This document shows positions 1 through 9,419 of a DNA stretch of 64,000 bases, one piece after another. Under the pieces are notes generated by a model. The model did no database searches and was not told the origin of the DNA. It saw nothing but the letters and a program-made list of their open reading frames with translations. Position numbers and translations under genes: made by a program. Numbering within the stretch: the stretch's first letter is position 1; every line of letters starts with the position of its first letter. Origin of the DNA: Candidatus Omnitrophota bacterium (GTDB taxonomy: Bacteria; Omnitrophota; Gorgyraeia; Velamenicoccales; JABMQK01); contig JBHPGU010000007.1 of the NCBI GenBank assembly GCA_042570265.1, positions 4,883-68,882 of the forward strand, read 5' to 3'.

Positions 1-993
1 CAGCAGGCCCTCCAGGATCATCGCGCCGTAGCCGATCTTTTTTATATCCCTTTCATTAGGGATCTGCTTTGAGGAAGTGCCTGATGAAATCAGACAGTGG
101 AATCCCGAGATCGCCCCACAGGCAACTACCACAAACAGCATTGGCCAGAGGCCTCCCTGCGCGGAATTATAAGATATAAATGCCGGCAGCTCCATATTCG
201 GCCTGGAAATCAATAGCCCTAAGAAACCCATAATCATGCCAAAGAACAACAGAAAACTAGAGAGATAGTCCCGCGGCTGTAGGAGAATATTAACCGGTAG
301 AATTGAAGCTATGAAACTATAAGCTAACAGAACAAAGACCCAGTGGTTAAATGACAGGCCGGTAATATTGAACTTCTGTCCTAAGATAACCAGCAAAACA
401 AGCAGGGCTAAGCCAATACCCGTTGCGCCAACCTGGTTCATCTTGCGCTTATAGAGCAGAAATCCCGTAAATACAGCGACAGGAATCAAGCCTAGCGAGG
501 GCAAGATTATCTTTGTCTCTTTAACGAACGTGTCCGCGCATAAATATAAAAAGACCGCGATTACAAGTATCAAAGCCAGGAAAACAAAAATTCCAAATAT
601 ATAATAAGCCCTCTTGGAAATTACCTTAGAGGCCACATTACCAATTGAACATCCACCTTCTCTGACTGAAATCACCAAGGCGCCGAAGTCATGCACCGCG
701 CCGGAAAATATCGAACCCACGATCACCCAGAGTAGCACCGGGCCCCAACCCCAGAGACAACAGGCGATGACCGGCCCCACAACAGGCCCGGCTCCGGCGA
801 TAGATGAAAAGTGGTGGCCTAAGAGCACCAGCCAATTCTTTGCCGGGACAAAATCAACTCCGTCGTAATTCGCTTTACTGGGTACGGAGTTAGCCGGGTT
901 TATATCCCAAAGAGCTTCCAGTCTTTTAGCGTAAACTTTATAGGCCCAGAAGAACGCTGCTAGGCTAACGACTATGATAGTAATGGAACTCAT
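1..993 (-). CDS. cstA: Carbon starvation protein A family peptide/pyruvate transporter (3' end runs off window)
   Basis: Manual translation from ATG at 993: MSSITIIVVSLAAFFWAYKVY...DGVDFVPAKNWLVLLGHHFSSIAGAGPVVGP, the CstA signature; GGAGG RBS upstream; absent from ORF track because it is truncated. Confidence 0.9.
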   Translation of the reverse strand, partial: MSSITIIVVSLAAFFWAYKVYAKRLEALWDINPANSVPSKANYDGVDFVPAKNWLVLLGHHFSSIAGAGPVVGPVIACCLWGWGPVLLWVIVGSIFSGAVHDFGALVISVREGGCSIGNVASKVISKRAYYIFGIFVFLALILVIAVFLYLCADTFVKETKIILPSLGLIPVAVFTGFLLYKRKMNQVGATGIGLALLVLLVILGQKFNITGLSFNHWVFVLLAYSFIASILPVNILLQPRDYLSSFLLFFGMIMGFLGLLISRPNMELPAFISYNSAQGGLWPMLFVVVACGAISGFHCLISSGTSSKQIPNERDIKKIGYGAMILEGLL

Positions 994-1005
994 TCGACTG
1001 TTTCC

Positions 1006-1076
1006 TCCCCACACTCACGTGTGGGGAATCCTTTCGAATCTCTAATGTCGAATATTCCCCGTGCGTAAGCGCGGGG
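1006..1076. repeat. Pair of inverted ~20-nt REP-like GC-rich palindromes
   Basis: CCCCACAC-TCAC-GTGTGGGG (1007-1026) and CCCCGTGC-GTAA-GCGCGGGG (1057-1076); the second is an inverted homologue of the first. Confidence 0.65.
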
Positions 1077-1093
1077 TTTTCCTTACCCGAGAG

Positions 1094-2308
1094 CTAAGCT
1101 ATCGGAAACGCTGCTTCGCCAAAAAATCTCTCTACCAGCTCCTCACCAGTCGTGAATCTAATCGAACTCTCTTTTGCTGCCTGTTCACTCATTTTCTTAA
1201 ATCCGTCACTGGTGACCCCTTTACCGGCTAGGCCAAAACAGACTGTATCTCTGGTATGAGTGCGCACAGACAGAGGTGTGGCATGATCCGGCAAAACAAG
1301 AATCCTATAGTCTTCTTTTGAATTCTTGAAGTGCTTTAAGAAACTACCTACAACAAATTTATCAAACCTCTCAATTGCGGTAATCTTCTCTCTCATATCT
1401 CCATTGTGGCCTGCTTCATCCGGGGCTTCCACGTGAACATAGACAAAATCCCTTCTATGCAAAGCCCGGAGCGCGTAATCCGCTTTTCCCTGATAATTAG
1501 TATCGTAATAACCTGTAGCGCCGGGCACATTCACAATATCCAAGCCTACGATCTTACCAATACCTTTAATTAAATCTACGGCGGAAATCACAGCACCCGT
1601 CTTGCCAAATTTCTCCTTATATGTGGGCATGCTGGGCCTTACGCCCTGACCCCAGAGCCAGATCATATTCGCTGGATTTTCACCCAAGTCCACCCTGACC
1701 TTATTAATCGCGTGATTCGATAAAAGATCCCGTGATCTGGCCATCAGATCGATCAGGATCTGGGCATTATCGCCTTTGGGTAGATGCTTAGATATCTTCT
1801 GATTTAGGATATCGTGCGGAGGAGTACATTTGATACTCGTTAAATCCTTACCGTCATCTTCTATGACAAAGAGGTGGCGATAGCTCACTCCGGAATAGAA
1901 ACGGTGCTTTGTATCTTTTAATTCCTTATCCACAAACTTGATCAGCGCTTCAGCTTCTTTATTGGAGATATGACCGGCGCTATAATCGATCATAAGGTCG
2001 TCGTTAGAAGAAACTAAATTGCAGCGGAAAGCCACATCATTATCCTTTAGCTCAACGCCTAGATTGGCTGCTTCTAGGGGCCCTCGGCCTGAATAGTACT
2101 TCTTAGGATCATATCCCAGAATAGACATGTTGGCCACGTCTGATGCGGGTGTCATACCCAAAGGAATTGTATCCACCTGGCCTAACACTCCCTGGCTGAC
2201 GATCTTATCCATATTCGGCGTCTGGGCAATCTCAAGCGGAGTCTTATCCCCTAGGGCTGAGATTGGGTAATCGGCCATTCCGTCCGGAACTAAAATTACA
2301 TATTTCAT
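1094..2308 (-). CDS. apgM: ApgM-family cofactor-independent phosphoglycerate mutase-like protein (proposed homoserine kinase subfamily)
   Basis: PDGMAD, TPL, SDVANMS, EAPDEAGH and PDH metal-binding motifs; downstream of hom-thrC. Confidence 0.85.
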   Translation of the reverse strand: MKYVILVPDGMADYPISALGDKTPLEIAQTPNMDKIVSQGVLGQVDTIPLGMTPASDVANMSILGYDPKKYYSGRGPLEAANLGVELKDNDVAFRCNLVSSNDDLMIDYSAGHISNKEAEALIKFVDKELKDTKHRFYSGVSYRHLFVIEDDGKDLTSIKCTPPHDILNQKISKHLPKGDNAQILIDLMARSRDLLSNHAINKVRVDLGENPANMIWLWGQGVRPSMPTYKEKFGKTGAVISAVDLIKGIGKIVGLDIVNVPGATGYYDTNYQGKADYALRALHRRDFVYVHVEAPDEAGHNGDMREKITAIERFDKFVVGSFLKHFKNSKEDYRILVLPDHATPLSVRTHTRDTVCFGLAGKGVTSDGFKKMSEQAAKESSIRFTTGEELVERFFGEAAFPIA

Positions 2309-2343
2309 ATTATTTCTCCTAACTGATTGTTTTTAAAAAACTT

Positions 2344-2427
2344 CTTAACGCAGATTGTCGCATATTGCACACAGATGGTCGCAGATATCTGCGTGTATCT
2401 GCGTTAGATTAGCGTATATCTGCGTTA
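2344..2427. repeat. Inverted cassette of degenerate CGCAGAT units (empty, no passenger gene)
   Basis: Left arm ttaacgcagattgtcgcatattgcacacagatggtcgcagat; right arm atctgcgtgtatctgcgttagattagcgtatatctgcgttaa; homologue at 35172-35258. Confidence 0.8.
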
Positions 2428-2432
2428 AAATT

Positions 2433-3083
2433 TCATTTTAAGTTAACTTTGGATGAAACTAACTGTAATAATTTCTGGGATAATTTTTCTTTTGTATAGA
2501 CCTGGCAATATTCTTTCCTCTCATCAATAATCAACGCTTTATAAGCGCACTTATTAGAAAAAGTATTCAGAACAGCTAAATCCGCCTTTGCCCCTCTTAG
2601 TGTATCTCTGGCCCTGCTTAACATCTCATTTTTGGAAAGATCCAGCTCTAATTTAAAAATGGTTAAAAATACCTTAGGCGCATACTTCTTTATTTTATCT
2701 GCGATCTTTACGGTCGTCTCAAACTCTAAAGTAAAATCTTTGATGCCCGACTTGATCTTCCGTGAGAACTTCTTCTTTGGGCTGTAGTCAGACACAGCCG
2801 CGCTGTGGATCACTACGTCATACTTTTTCTTTTTTAACTCTCCCCGCATCAGAGCGTGCAACTCATCGAAATAACGAAAGTGTCTCACTCTTATCTTCTT
2901 GCTTAAACCGACCTCACCAACTGGGCCGAGGATCAAAGTAACATCGGCTCCCATCTTCTTAGCCTGATTGGCCAGGAGTAGGCCAGTCTGGCCAGACGCG
3001 ATATTGGAAATCACCCTGACCTTATCTATAGGCACCCAAGTAGGACCTGCTGTGATCAGTATCGCCTTATTCTTTAGACTCAT
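2433..3083 (-). CDS. coaB: Stand-alone phosphopantothenate-cysteine ligase (CoaB/DFP C-terminal domain)
   Basis: ILITAGPTWVPIDKVRVISN, HSAAVSDY, FKLE motifs; no CoaC domain. Confidence 0.8.
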   Translation of the reverse strand: MSLKNKAILITAGPTWVPIDKVRVISNIASGQTGLLLANQAKKMGADVTLILGPVGEVGLSKKIRVRHFRYFDELHALMRGELKKKKYDVVIHSAAVSDYSPKKKFSRKIKSGIKDFTLEFETTVKIADKIKKYAPKVFLTIFKLELDLSKNEMLSRARDTLRGAKADLAVLNTFSNKCAYKALIIDERKEYCQVYTKEKLSQKLLQLVSSKVNLK

Positions 3084-3110
3084 TATAAAGCCAGGTTATC
3101 TTGATAATCT

Positions 3111-3243
3111 AAATTACAATACACAATAAACAAATTACAGACAATAAACAATACTAAAATAACAATAAACAAACAAGATTTTTGTCATTGTATATTGTAA
3201 ATTGTGATTTGTTTGGAATTTGTTATTTGTAATTTGTTAATTT
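3111..3243. repeat. Inverted cassette of degenerate heptamer repeats (ACAAATT/ACAATAN type)
   Basis: C/A-rich left arm with ~7-nt period and G/T-rich complementary right arm; homologue at 20278-20402. Confidence 0.8.
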
Positions 3244-3284
3244 CCATTATCATTTCTTTTCGCAGAAGCTCAACTCCTACGAAG

Positions 3285-4337
3285 CTAATATCCTATCTCA
3301 CTTAAGACAGCACCAACGTCTGGCTTAACTACTTTCGGTTCTTTAATCGAGTTTATGGCCCGGTCAGGATCTTTTAAGCCGTGCCCGGTAAGTATACAGA
3401 CGATTTTTCCGGCTTTAGACTTAAAGTATCCTGCCTTGGCCAACTTAATCATGCCAGCCACAGAAGCCGCGGATGCTGGCTCAACAAACAAACCTTCCGT
3501 ATCGGCTAATAATTTATAAGCATTGAGGATTTCATCATCAGTGACCATATCGATCGTACCGCCGGACTCATCGCGCGCCTCTTCTGCCTTCTTCCAACTG
3601 GCGGGATTTCCAATCTTAATCGCGGTGGCAATGGTCTGGGGATCTTTTATAGGCTCACCCTTAACGATCGGCGCTGACCCTGCTGCCTGAAACCCCAACA
3701 TCACAGGAAGGTCCTTTATGATTTTTTTGTCGTGGTACTCTTTATAGCCCATCCAATAGGCGGTGATATTACCGGCGTTGCCGACTGGAATGCAGTGAAA
3801 TACCGGAGCTCCTCCTAAAGCATCGCAGATCTCAAAGGCGCCGGTCTTTTGCCCTTGGAGCCTGTAAGGATTTACGGAGTTGACTAGGGTAATTTTGTGC
3901 TTGTCGGTAATCTCTCTTACGATATTGAAGGCATCATCAAAATTTCCTTTTACAGCTATGACCTGTGCGCCGTGGATTAAAGCCTGTGATAACTTACCTA
4001 GTGCTATTGCGCCCTCAGGAATCAATACAACACACTTTAAGCCTGACCGAGCAGAATAAGCAGCCGCTGACGCGGAGGTGTTTCCGGTCGAAGCGCACAT
4101 GACAACTTCAGAGCCTTCTTCTTTTGCCTTGGAGATAGCCAGGGTCATGCCTCTATCCTTAAATGAACCCGTAGGATTGGCGCCTTCGTATTTTAAATAG
4201 ACGTCATGTTTAGTAAGCTCGCTAAAGAATTTACTCGAAACCAAAGGCGTATTACCCTCATTCAAAGTGACAACGGGCGTGTTATCAGTCACAGGCAAAA
4301 ACTTCCTATATTTATCGATCAGGCCTTTCCAATACAT
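3285..4337 (-). CDS. thrC: Threonine synthase
   Basis: [16 protein letters not shown]-lysine motif, [22 protein letters not shown]. Confidence 0.95.
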   Translation of the reverse strand: MYWKGLIDKYRKFLPVTDNTPVVTLNEGNTPLVSSKFFSELTKHDVYLKYEGANPTGSFKDRGMTLAISKAKEEGSEVVMCASTGNTSASAAAYSARSGLKCVVLIPEGAIALGKLSQALIHGAQVIAVKGNFDDAFNIVREITDKHKITLVNSVNPYRLQGQKTGAFEICDALGGAPVFHCIPVGNAGNITAYWMGYKEYHDKKIIKDLPVMLGFQAAGSAPIVKGEPIKDPQTIATAIKIGNPASWKKAEEARDESGGTIDMVTDDEILNAYKLLADTEGLFVEPASAASVAGMIKLAKAGYFKSKAGKIVCILTGHGLKDPDRAINSIKEPKVVKPDVGAVLSEIGY

Positions 4338-4339
4338 TT

Positions 4340-5620
4340 TTATAACTCCTCGCGATGGATAACTACTGTCTTCTTTTTTATTATGGCTAATTTATCTATC
4401 TGCTCCAATGCCAGCCTAATATCTTTTTCCCTGGCATCGTGTATTAACATAATTACCGGAACTACTTTTGCCCGGCTTCTCTCTTTTTGAGTAACAGAGG
4501 CGATACTAATTTTGCGCCGAGCCAGGATTCCGGAAATCTTAGACAACACGCCCGGTGTATCAGTAACCATAAAACGAATGTAGTACTTAGACCTGATATC
4601 ATCTATCCTCTTTACCTTTTTTATCAGGCCTTTATTTAAAATTCCTAAGGACTTCTTCTGCCTAGCCAGATCGACTAGATCGCTAATGATCGCCGAAGTT
4701 GTGGGCATCTGTCCGGCACCTCTACCTGAAAACATCAAGTCACCGATCAGGTCTCCCACCACGTATACCGCATTAAACACACCGTTTATGCTGGCCAGAG
4801 GATGCTTCTTAGATATCATAGTCGGATGCACTCTCACCTCTAAAACATTGCCATTTACTTTTTTGGCTATAGCTAATAATTTGATGACTAGGCCCAGTTC
4901 TTTAGCAAACTTAATGTCTAAGGGAGAGATGTCCTGGATGCCTTTAACAAAAATATTCTTCTGTGGCACATACTTGCCAAAAGCCAAATAAGCCAAGATG
5001 GCCAGCTTGTGCGATGAATCAAAACCTTTGATATCAAGTGAAGAGTTATGTTCGGCAAATCCCCTCTTCTTAGCCTCGGATAAGGCTTCGAAGAACGAAC
5101 ACTCCTGCTCTGCCATTCTAGTTAAGATATAATTACAAGTACCGTTAATGATACCCACGACGCTGTCTACGCGATTGGCGATCAGGCCTTCTGTGAGCGC
5201 CTTGATAATCGGAACGCCGCCGCAGACCGCGGCCTCAAAACGCACCTGTGACTTCTTTTTATTAGCTAAGGCAAGCATTGGAGAGATCTCCTGCGCCAAG
5301 AGGGCCTTGTTGGCGGTAATCACGCTCTTGCCTTTCTGCAACGAACGTAAAATTATATCCTTAGCCGGATTGATACCACCGATAAGTTCGATTACAACAT
5401 CGATATCTTCATGGTTAATGATATCCTGAAATTTAGAGGTAAACACTTTGGAATTAACTTTTAGCTTTTTTCTTAATTTAGGATTCTGATCACAGGCCTT
5501 TACTAAGTTAAAATCAACGCCAAGGCGCTGCTTAAAAAGCCTGCGCTTTTGCGAAAGCACTCTCAATACTCCTCTACCCACAGTACCTAGTCCAATCAAT
5601 CCAATATTTATTTTTTTCAT
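4340..5620 (-). CDS. hom: Homoserine dehydrogenase with C-terminal ACT domain
   Basis: [39 protein letters not shown] motif [10 protein letters not shown]. Confidence 0.95.
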   Translation of the reverse strand: MKKINIGLIGLGTVGRGVLRVLSQKRRLFKQRLGVDFNLVKACDQNPKLRKKLKVNSKVFTSKFQDIINHEDIDVVIELIGGINPAKDIILRSLQKGKSVITANKALLAQEISPMLALANKKKSQVRFEAAVCGGVPIIKALTEGLIANRVDSVVGIINGTCNYILTRMAEQECSFFEALSEAKKRGFAEHNSSLDIKGFDSSHKLAILAYLAFGKYVPQKNIFVKGIQDISPLDIKFAKELGLVIKLLAIAKKVNGNVLEVRVHPTMISKKHPLASINGVFNAVYVVGDLIGDLMFSGRGAGQMPTTSAIISDLVDLARQKKSLGILNKGLIKKVKRIDDIRSKYYIRFMVTDTPGVLSKISGILARRKISIASVTQKERSRAKVVPVIMLIHDAREKDIRLALEQIDKLAIIKKKTVVIHREEL

Positions 5621-5622
5621 TC

Positions 5623-5979
5623 TTAATCCTTTTTTGTGAAATAATCTACTGTATTCTTTACCATTACTTTAGACTCATCGTCCATATAAGTAAACACAAG
5701 CCTCGTTTCATAAATTAAATTGTGGGCGATTTCTTTTGATTCCAAAACCTTACCCAATAATCTAATCGGGTTTGGAATAAAAGGTATAGTAATCTCAATA
5801 GCCAAGATAGTCTCCGCGTCGAAAGCACAATTAGTCGTAAGCATGATGCCGCCTTCACTGATATTCCTGGTTTGTGAGATATCCATAGTATCCGGATCAC
5901 CGTAGATTCTGTAACTAATCACGAAGTTTTTACTAATACGCGGATGCCTTCTCTTGTCCGCTGCTCCGTATTGTGCCAT
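5623..5979 (-). CDS. Single-domain PilZ protein (c-di-GMP receptor)
   Basis: Start corrected to MAQYG (ATG 5979, AGGAG RBS) because the track start lies within tRNA-Pro; RRHPR (RxxxR) and NISEGG (D/NxSxxG) motifs. Confidence 0.85.
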   Translation of the reverse strand: MAQYGAADKRRHPRISKNFVISYRIYGDPDTMDISQTRNISEGGIMLTTNCAFDAETILAIEITIPFIPNPIRLLGKVLESKEIAHNLIYETRLVFTYMDDESKVMVKNTVDYFTKKD

Positions 5980-6014
5980 AAAGCTCTCCTCGTTAAAAAA
6001 ATGAATCCTATTAT

Positions 6015-6091
6015 TGGTCGGGGCGGTCGGACTTGAACCGACGACCCCTTGAACCCCATTCAAGTGCGCTTCCAAACTGCGCCACGCCCCG
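6015..6091 (-). tRNA. tRNA-Pro(GGG)
   Basis: CGGGGCGTGGCGCAGTTTGGAAGCGCACTTGAATGGGGTTCAAGGGGTCGTCGGTTCAAGTCCGACCGCCCCGACCA folds as a cloverleaf; CCA encoded. Confidence 0.95.
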
Positions 6092-6119
6092 TCAATAAAT
6101 TTGCCTGCTTAAATAATCT

Positions 6120-6242
6120 TTAATTTCTAATTACCTAATTTCTAATGTCTAATCAAATCTCAATTTCTAATGTCTAATGACTACATTATTTTTGGGGTTT
6201 GGGATTTATTTAGGTCAATTAGAAATTAGTAATTAGTCATTT
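6120..6242. repeat. Inverted cassette of degenerate heptamer repeats (TAATTTC/TAATGTC type)
   Basis: taatttc-taattacc-taatttc-taatgtc-taatc... followed by a complementary arm ...aattagaaattagtaattagtcatt. Confidence 0.75.
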
Positions 6243-6246
6243 ATCT

Positions 6247-7254
6247 TTATAACCAACGCTCCGGCTTCTTCTCCCTGCGCATCAAATCATTGACTGCTCT
6301 CTGGGGAGACTTGTTCTTGCATAAAACTTGATAGATTTCTTTAGTAATGGGCATCTCTGCTTTATGCTTCTTAGATAAACCGTAGGCTGCTTTTGTAGTC
6401 AAGATGCCCTCTGCAACCATGCTCATCTTTTTTGTTATGCTCGTTAATTTAGCGCCTCTGGCAATCTGTTCACCAACAGACCTGTTTCTTGAGTAGGGAC
6501 TTGAACAGGTCGTCACTAAATCGCCCAGGCCACTGACACCGGAAAAAGTCTCCCTCTTTGCGCCCATCTTAACCCCTAAACGGCTGATCTCCACAAGGCC
6601 GCGGGTAAGCAGCGCAGCCTTTGCATTTGTGCCTAAGTTTAGCCCGTCGGAAATACCGCAAGCCAGGGCAATAATATTTTTTAAGCTGCCTCCCAATTCT
6701 ACGCCGACTACATCGCTGTTTGTATAGACGCGTAAATTCTTACTCATCAATAGGTCTTGAAAGTAGCAGGCTGTCTTTTTGTTCCCAGAGGCGACCACAG
6801 TGACCGCAGGTTTACCCCTGGCTATCTCTTGGGCTATGTTTGGCCCGGAGAGAACCGCTAAATCGATTTTGCCCAACTCTTTTGAAACAACTTCGGACAT
6901 GCGCATCAGACTGCCTTGCTCAATTCCTTTTGTAGCGCTCAAGAACTTTCGGCCTCCTAAATTCTGGCCCTTTAGTTTTCTCAAGACACTGCGTAAATAT
7001 TGTGAAGGAATAGCCAGGATGACAGCCTGAGCATGATCAAGGGCTACTTTTATATCAGGAGTAATTAATATCTTTTTGGGAATTTTTATGCCTTTTAAGA
7101 ATATAAAATTCTCTCTCTTCTTCTTTAATGATTTAACATAATCACTAAAGGCTCCCCAAAGGCAAACACTATATCCCTTATTCGCCAGTAGTATGGACAG
7201 GGTCGTTCCCCACCCACCATCACCTAAAACAGCTATGGTTTGCTTTTTTGCCAT
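6247..7254 (-). CDS. gpsA: NAD(P)H-dependent glycerol-3-phosphate dehydrogenase
   Basis: GDGGWGT, TKGIE, LSGPN, GGSLKN, GLGDL, SRNR motifs. Confidence 0.95.
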   Translation of the reverse strand: MAKKQTIAVLGDGGWGTTLSILLANKGYSVCLWGAFSDYVKSLKKKRENFIFLKGIKIPKKILITPDIKVALDHAQAVILAIPSQYLRSVLRKLKGQNLGGRKFLSATKGIEQGSLMRMSEVVSKELGKIDLAVLSGPNIAQEIARGKPAVTVVASGNKKTACYFQDLLMSKNLRVYTNSDVVGVELGGSLKNIIALACGISDGLNLGTNAKAALLTRGLVEISRLGVKMGAKRETFSGVSGLGDLVTTCSSPYSRNRSVGEQIARGAKLTSITKKMSMVAEGILTTKAAYGLSKKHKAEMPITKEIYQVLCKNKSPQRAVNDLMRREKKPERWL

Positions 7255-7355
7255 TTAAGTACCTAAGATGTATATTCTACAATAAGATAGGAATATATGT
7301 CAATACATATTGACGAAAGGGATTCTTCTATATATATAATACTTGGATAGGTATT

Positions 7356-8108
7356 TTAGGGGCTAATTTTTATTTCTTTTTTGGTGCGGATCTGGGCTAA
7401 CTCCCAAGAATACTCATATAAATGCAGGCCTTTGCTCAACGCGATTATTTCTCCCTCCTCTACGCCGATTTCATCAGCCATATGCTGCTTAACCAGTTGC
7501 AAACCACCGAGATTGGAAGGAAAGCCGCCCCAGAGGTCCCAGGAGCGGAAGTAAAGTATAAAGTGTAGCTTATTATTGCGGATTCTTGTATCGATAAGCC
7601 GCAGGCATGGCGGATCAGCCAGATAGATATCTGAAGGCATTCCTATCTCCATAGTAGCTTGATTTGTGCCAAACCCCTGCGTTTTGTACATCTTGATTAC
7701 CTCTTCTACCTGATTTACCTGCAAGGGTATCTCCTTGACCATCTGCTTGCCGTCTTTATTTGTTTCCTTGATTCTTACCTTGGCATCCACAAGCCTCTCG
7801 CCATATGTATAGTCTTCTGTCTCTGTCTTGGCGCCGGTAAGAAGGTAACTCAAATAACCTTGAATATAATCCATATCTGTGGGTGCGGGAATACTCATGC
7901 CTTCGGGGATAATAGGGATAATCTGATGTCCCGGTTTTTTTACATGCACGCAGGCAAAATCAAACTCCAGCCTTCTCTGGCCCTTATAACTTCCACGGGT
8001 AATCTCATAGATGACTCCGTTATCAATGATTGAACTCAAACATTGAAACCAGGCGTCATCTAGATCAAAGGCATCAATAAAAACTGGTTTTAGGAATTCT
8101 TCACTCAT
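7356..8108 (-). CDS. thyA: Thymidylate synthase, archaeal/methanogen-like type
   Basis: YTYGERL, DPPCL (catalytic Cys), YFRSWD, SNL, GLHLY motifs. Confidence 0.8.
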   Translation of the reverse strand: MSEEFLKPVFIDAFDLDDAWFQCLSSIIDNGVIYEITRGSYKGQRRLEFDFACVHVKKPGHQIIPIIPEGMSIPAPTDMDYIQGYLSYLLTGAKTETEDYTYGERLVDAKVRIKETNKDGKQMVKEIPLQVNQVEEVIKMYKTQGFGTNQATMEIGMPSDIYLADPPCLRLIDTRIRNNKLHFILYFRSWDLWGGFPSNLGGLQLVKQHMADEIGVEEGEIIALSKGLHLYEYSWELAQIRTKKEIKISP

Positions 8109-8121
8109 GATTGGTCTAGTA

Positions 8122-8150
8122 AATTATATTATAGATTCCATAGATAATCA
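8122..8150 (-). promoter_or_regulatory. Probable sigma70 promoter for thyA
   Basis: Minus strand TTGATT-N17-TATAAT a short distance upstream of the ATG. Confidence 0.5.
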
Positions 8151-8177
8151 ATACATTCGTTTTCTATTGAAATTTGA

Positions 8178-9419
8178 TTAAGGTATTAAATACGTAAATA
8201 GGAGCGCTAAAGAAAGCAAGATCATAGACACGATGACAAGCCAGGAGATAACATTATACAACAATGAGTTTGTATGCTCACCCATTAACCTCTTCTTGTT
8301 AACCAATAGCAGCATCATTATTAATACAAACGGAAGCAAGACTCCATTGGCCACCTGAGTAACGAGCATGATCTTAACAAAGTCTATTTTAGGTATTAGT
8401 ATTGTGGCCGCTCCGATAAAAATTATAATTGTATAGAGCCAGTAGAACTGTGGCGCTTCTCTGAAATTTTTGTTAACACCTAACTCCCAACCCATTCCTT
8501 CGCAAACCGTATAAGCTGTGGTTAAGGGAAGTATGCATGCGGCGAATAAGGAAGCATTAAATAAGCCGAATGCAAAAAGCAGGTAACAGTGCCTTCCGGC
8601 TAAAGGCTGTAAGGCCCTAGCTGCATCAGCAGCGGTATTTATACTGATACCATTTTTAAATAAAGTCGCTGCACAAACCACGACGATAAACACGGCCACA
8701 ATATTAACTACGAACGCCCCGATGATAACATCTAATCTGTTGTAGGCGTAATCTTTAATCTTGATCTCCTTCTCTACCACAGCGGACTGTTGATAAAACT
8801 GCATCCAGGGAGCTATAGTCGTTCCCACAAGCCCGATTAACATAAACATATACGGCTGGCTAAATTCAAATTTGGGTTTAGTAATACTTGCGGCGACTTC
8901 TCCCCAATCTGGCTTTACAATAAAACCAGAAAATATATATGAAACATAAAAAACACAGGCGACCAGAAATACTTTCTCAACAGACTTATATGTCCCTTTC
9001 AAGACTAAAAACCAAATCAAGACTGCACTCAAGATTACTAGAAAGAATTTATTTATTCCAAATAGTTGTGCGCTCGCGGCAATTCCAGCGAACTCTGCCA
9101 TAGTATTACCGATGTTAGCTAATACCAGGATAAACATGGCATAGAATGTAACCTTCGCCCCAAACTCTTCTCTGATTAAATCAGCCAGGCCCTTACCGGT
9201 TACCACGGCCATTCGCGAGCACATCTCCTGGATTATTATCAAGGCAAATATTATAGGTATAAACGACCAGAGCAGGCTATATCCGAATTCCGAACCGCAG
9301 ACTGAGTATGTAGCAATGCCGCCAGCATCGTTATCTACATTTGCCGTAATTATACCCGGCCCCATTACAGCCATAAATAACAGGATACGTCGCCAATATT
9401 GTTTTAACATCTTCTTCAT
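8178..9419 (-). CDS. NRAMP-family divalent cation transporter (NRMT/Mg2+-type)
   Basis: GPGIITANVDNDAGG (DAGG in place of DPGN), GTTIAPWMQF; multiple TM segments. Confidence 0.85.
   Translation of the reverse strand: MKKMLKQYWRRILLFMAVMGPGIITANVDNDAGGIATYSVCGSEFGYSLLWSFIPIIFALIIIQEMCSRMAVVTGKGLADLIREEFGAKVTFYAMFILVLANIGNTMAEFAGIAASAQLFGINKFFLVILSAVLIWFLVLKGTYKSVEKVFLVACVFYVSYIFSGFIVKPDWGEVAASITKPKFEFSQPYMFMLIGLVGTTIAPWMQFYQQSAVVEKEIKIKDYAYNRLDVIIGAFVVNIVAVFIVVVCAATLFKNGISINTAADAARALQPLAGRHCYLLFAFGLFNASLFAACILPLTTAYTVCEGMGWELGVNKNFREAPQFYWLYTIIIFIGAATILIPKIDFVKIMLVTQVANGVLLPFVLIMMLLLVNKKRLMGEHTNSLLYNVISWLVIVSMILLSLALLFTYLIP

Noticed and set aside
1001-1080. CRISPR array (hairpins resemble type I-E repeats)
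   Set aside because: Only two copies, inverted and not identical; no cas genes
5980-6075. N-terminal extension of the PilZ ORF given in the track
   Set aside because: Overlaps tRNA-Pro; a better ATG with RBS is at 5979
7310-7340. Plus-strand promoter antisense to thyA
   Set aside because: TTGACG to TATAAT spacing is 19 nt in an AT-rich tract; no downstream gene
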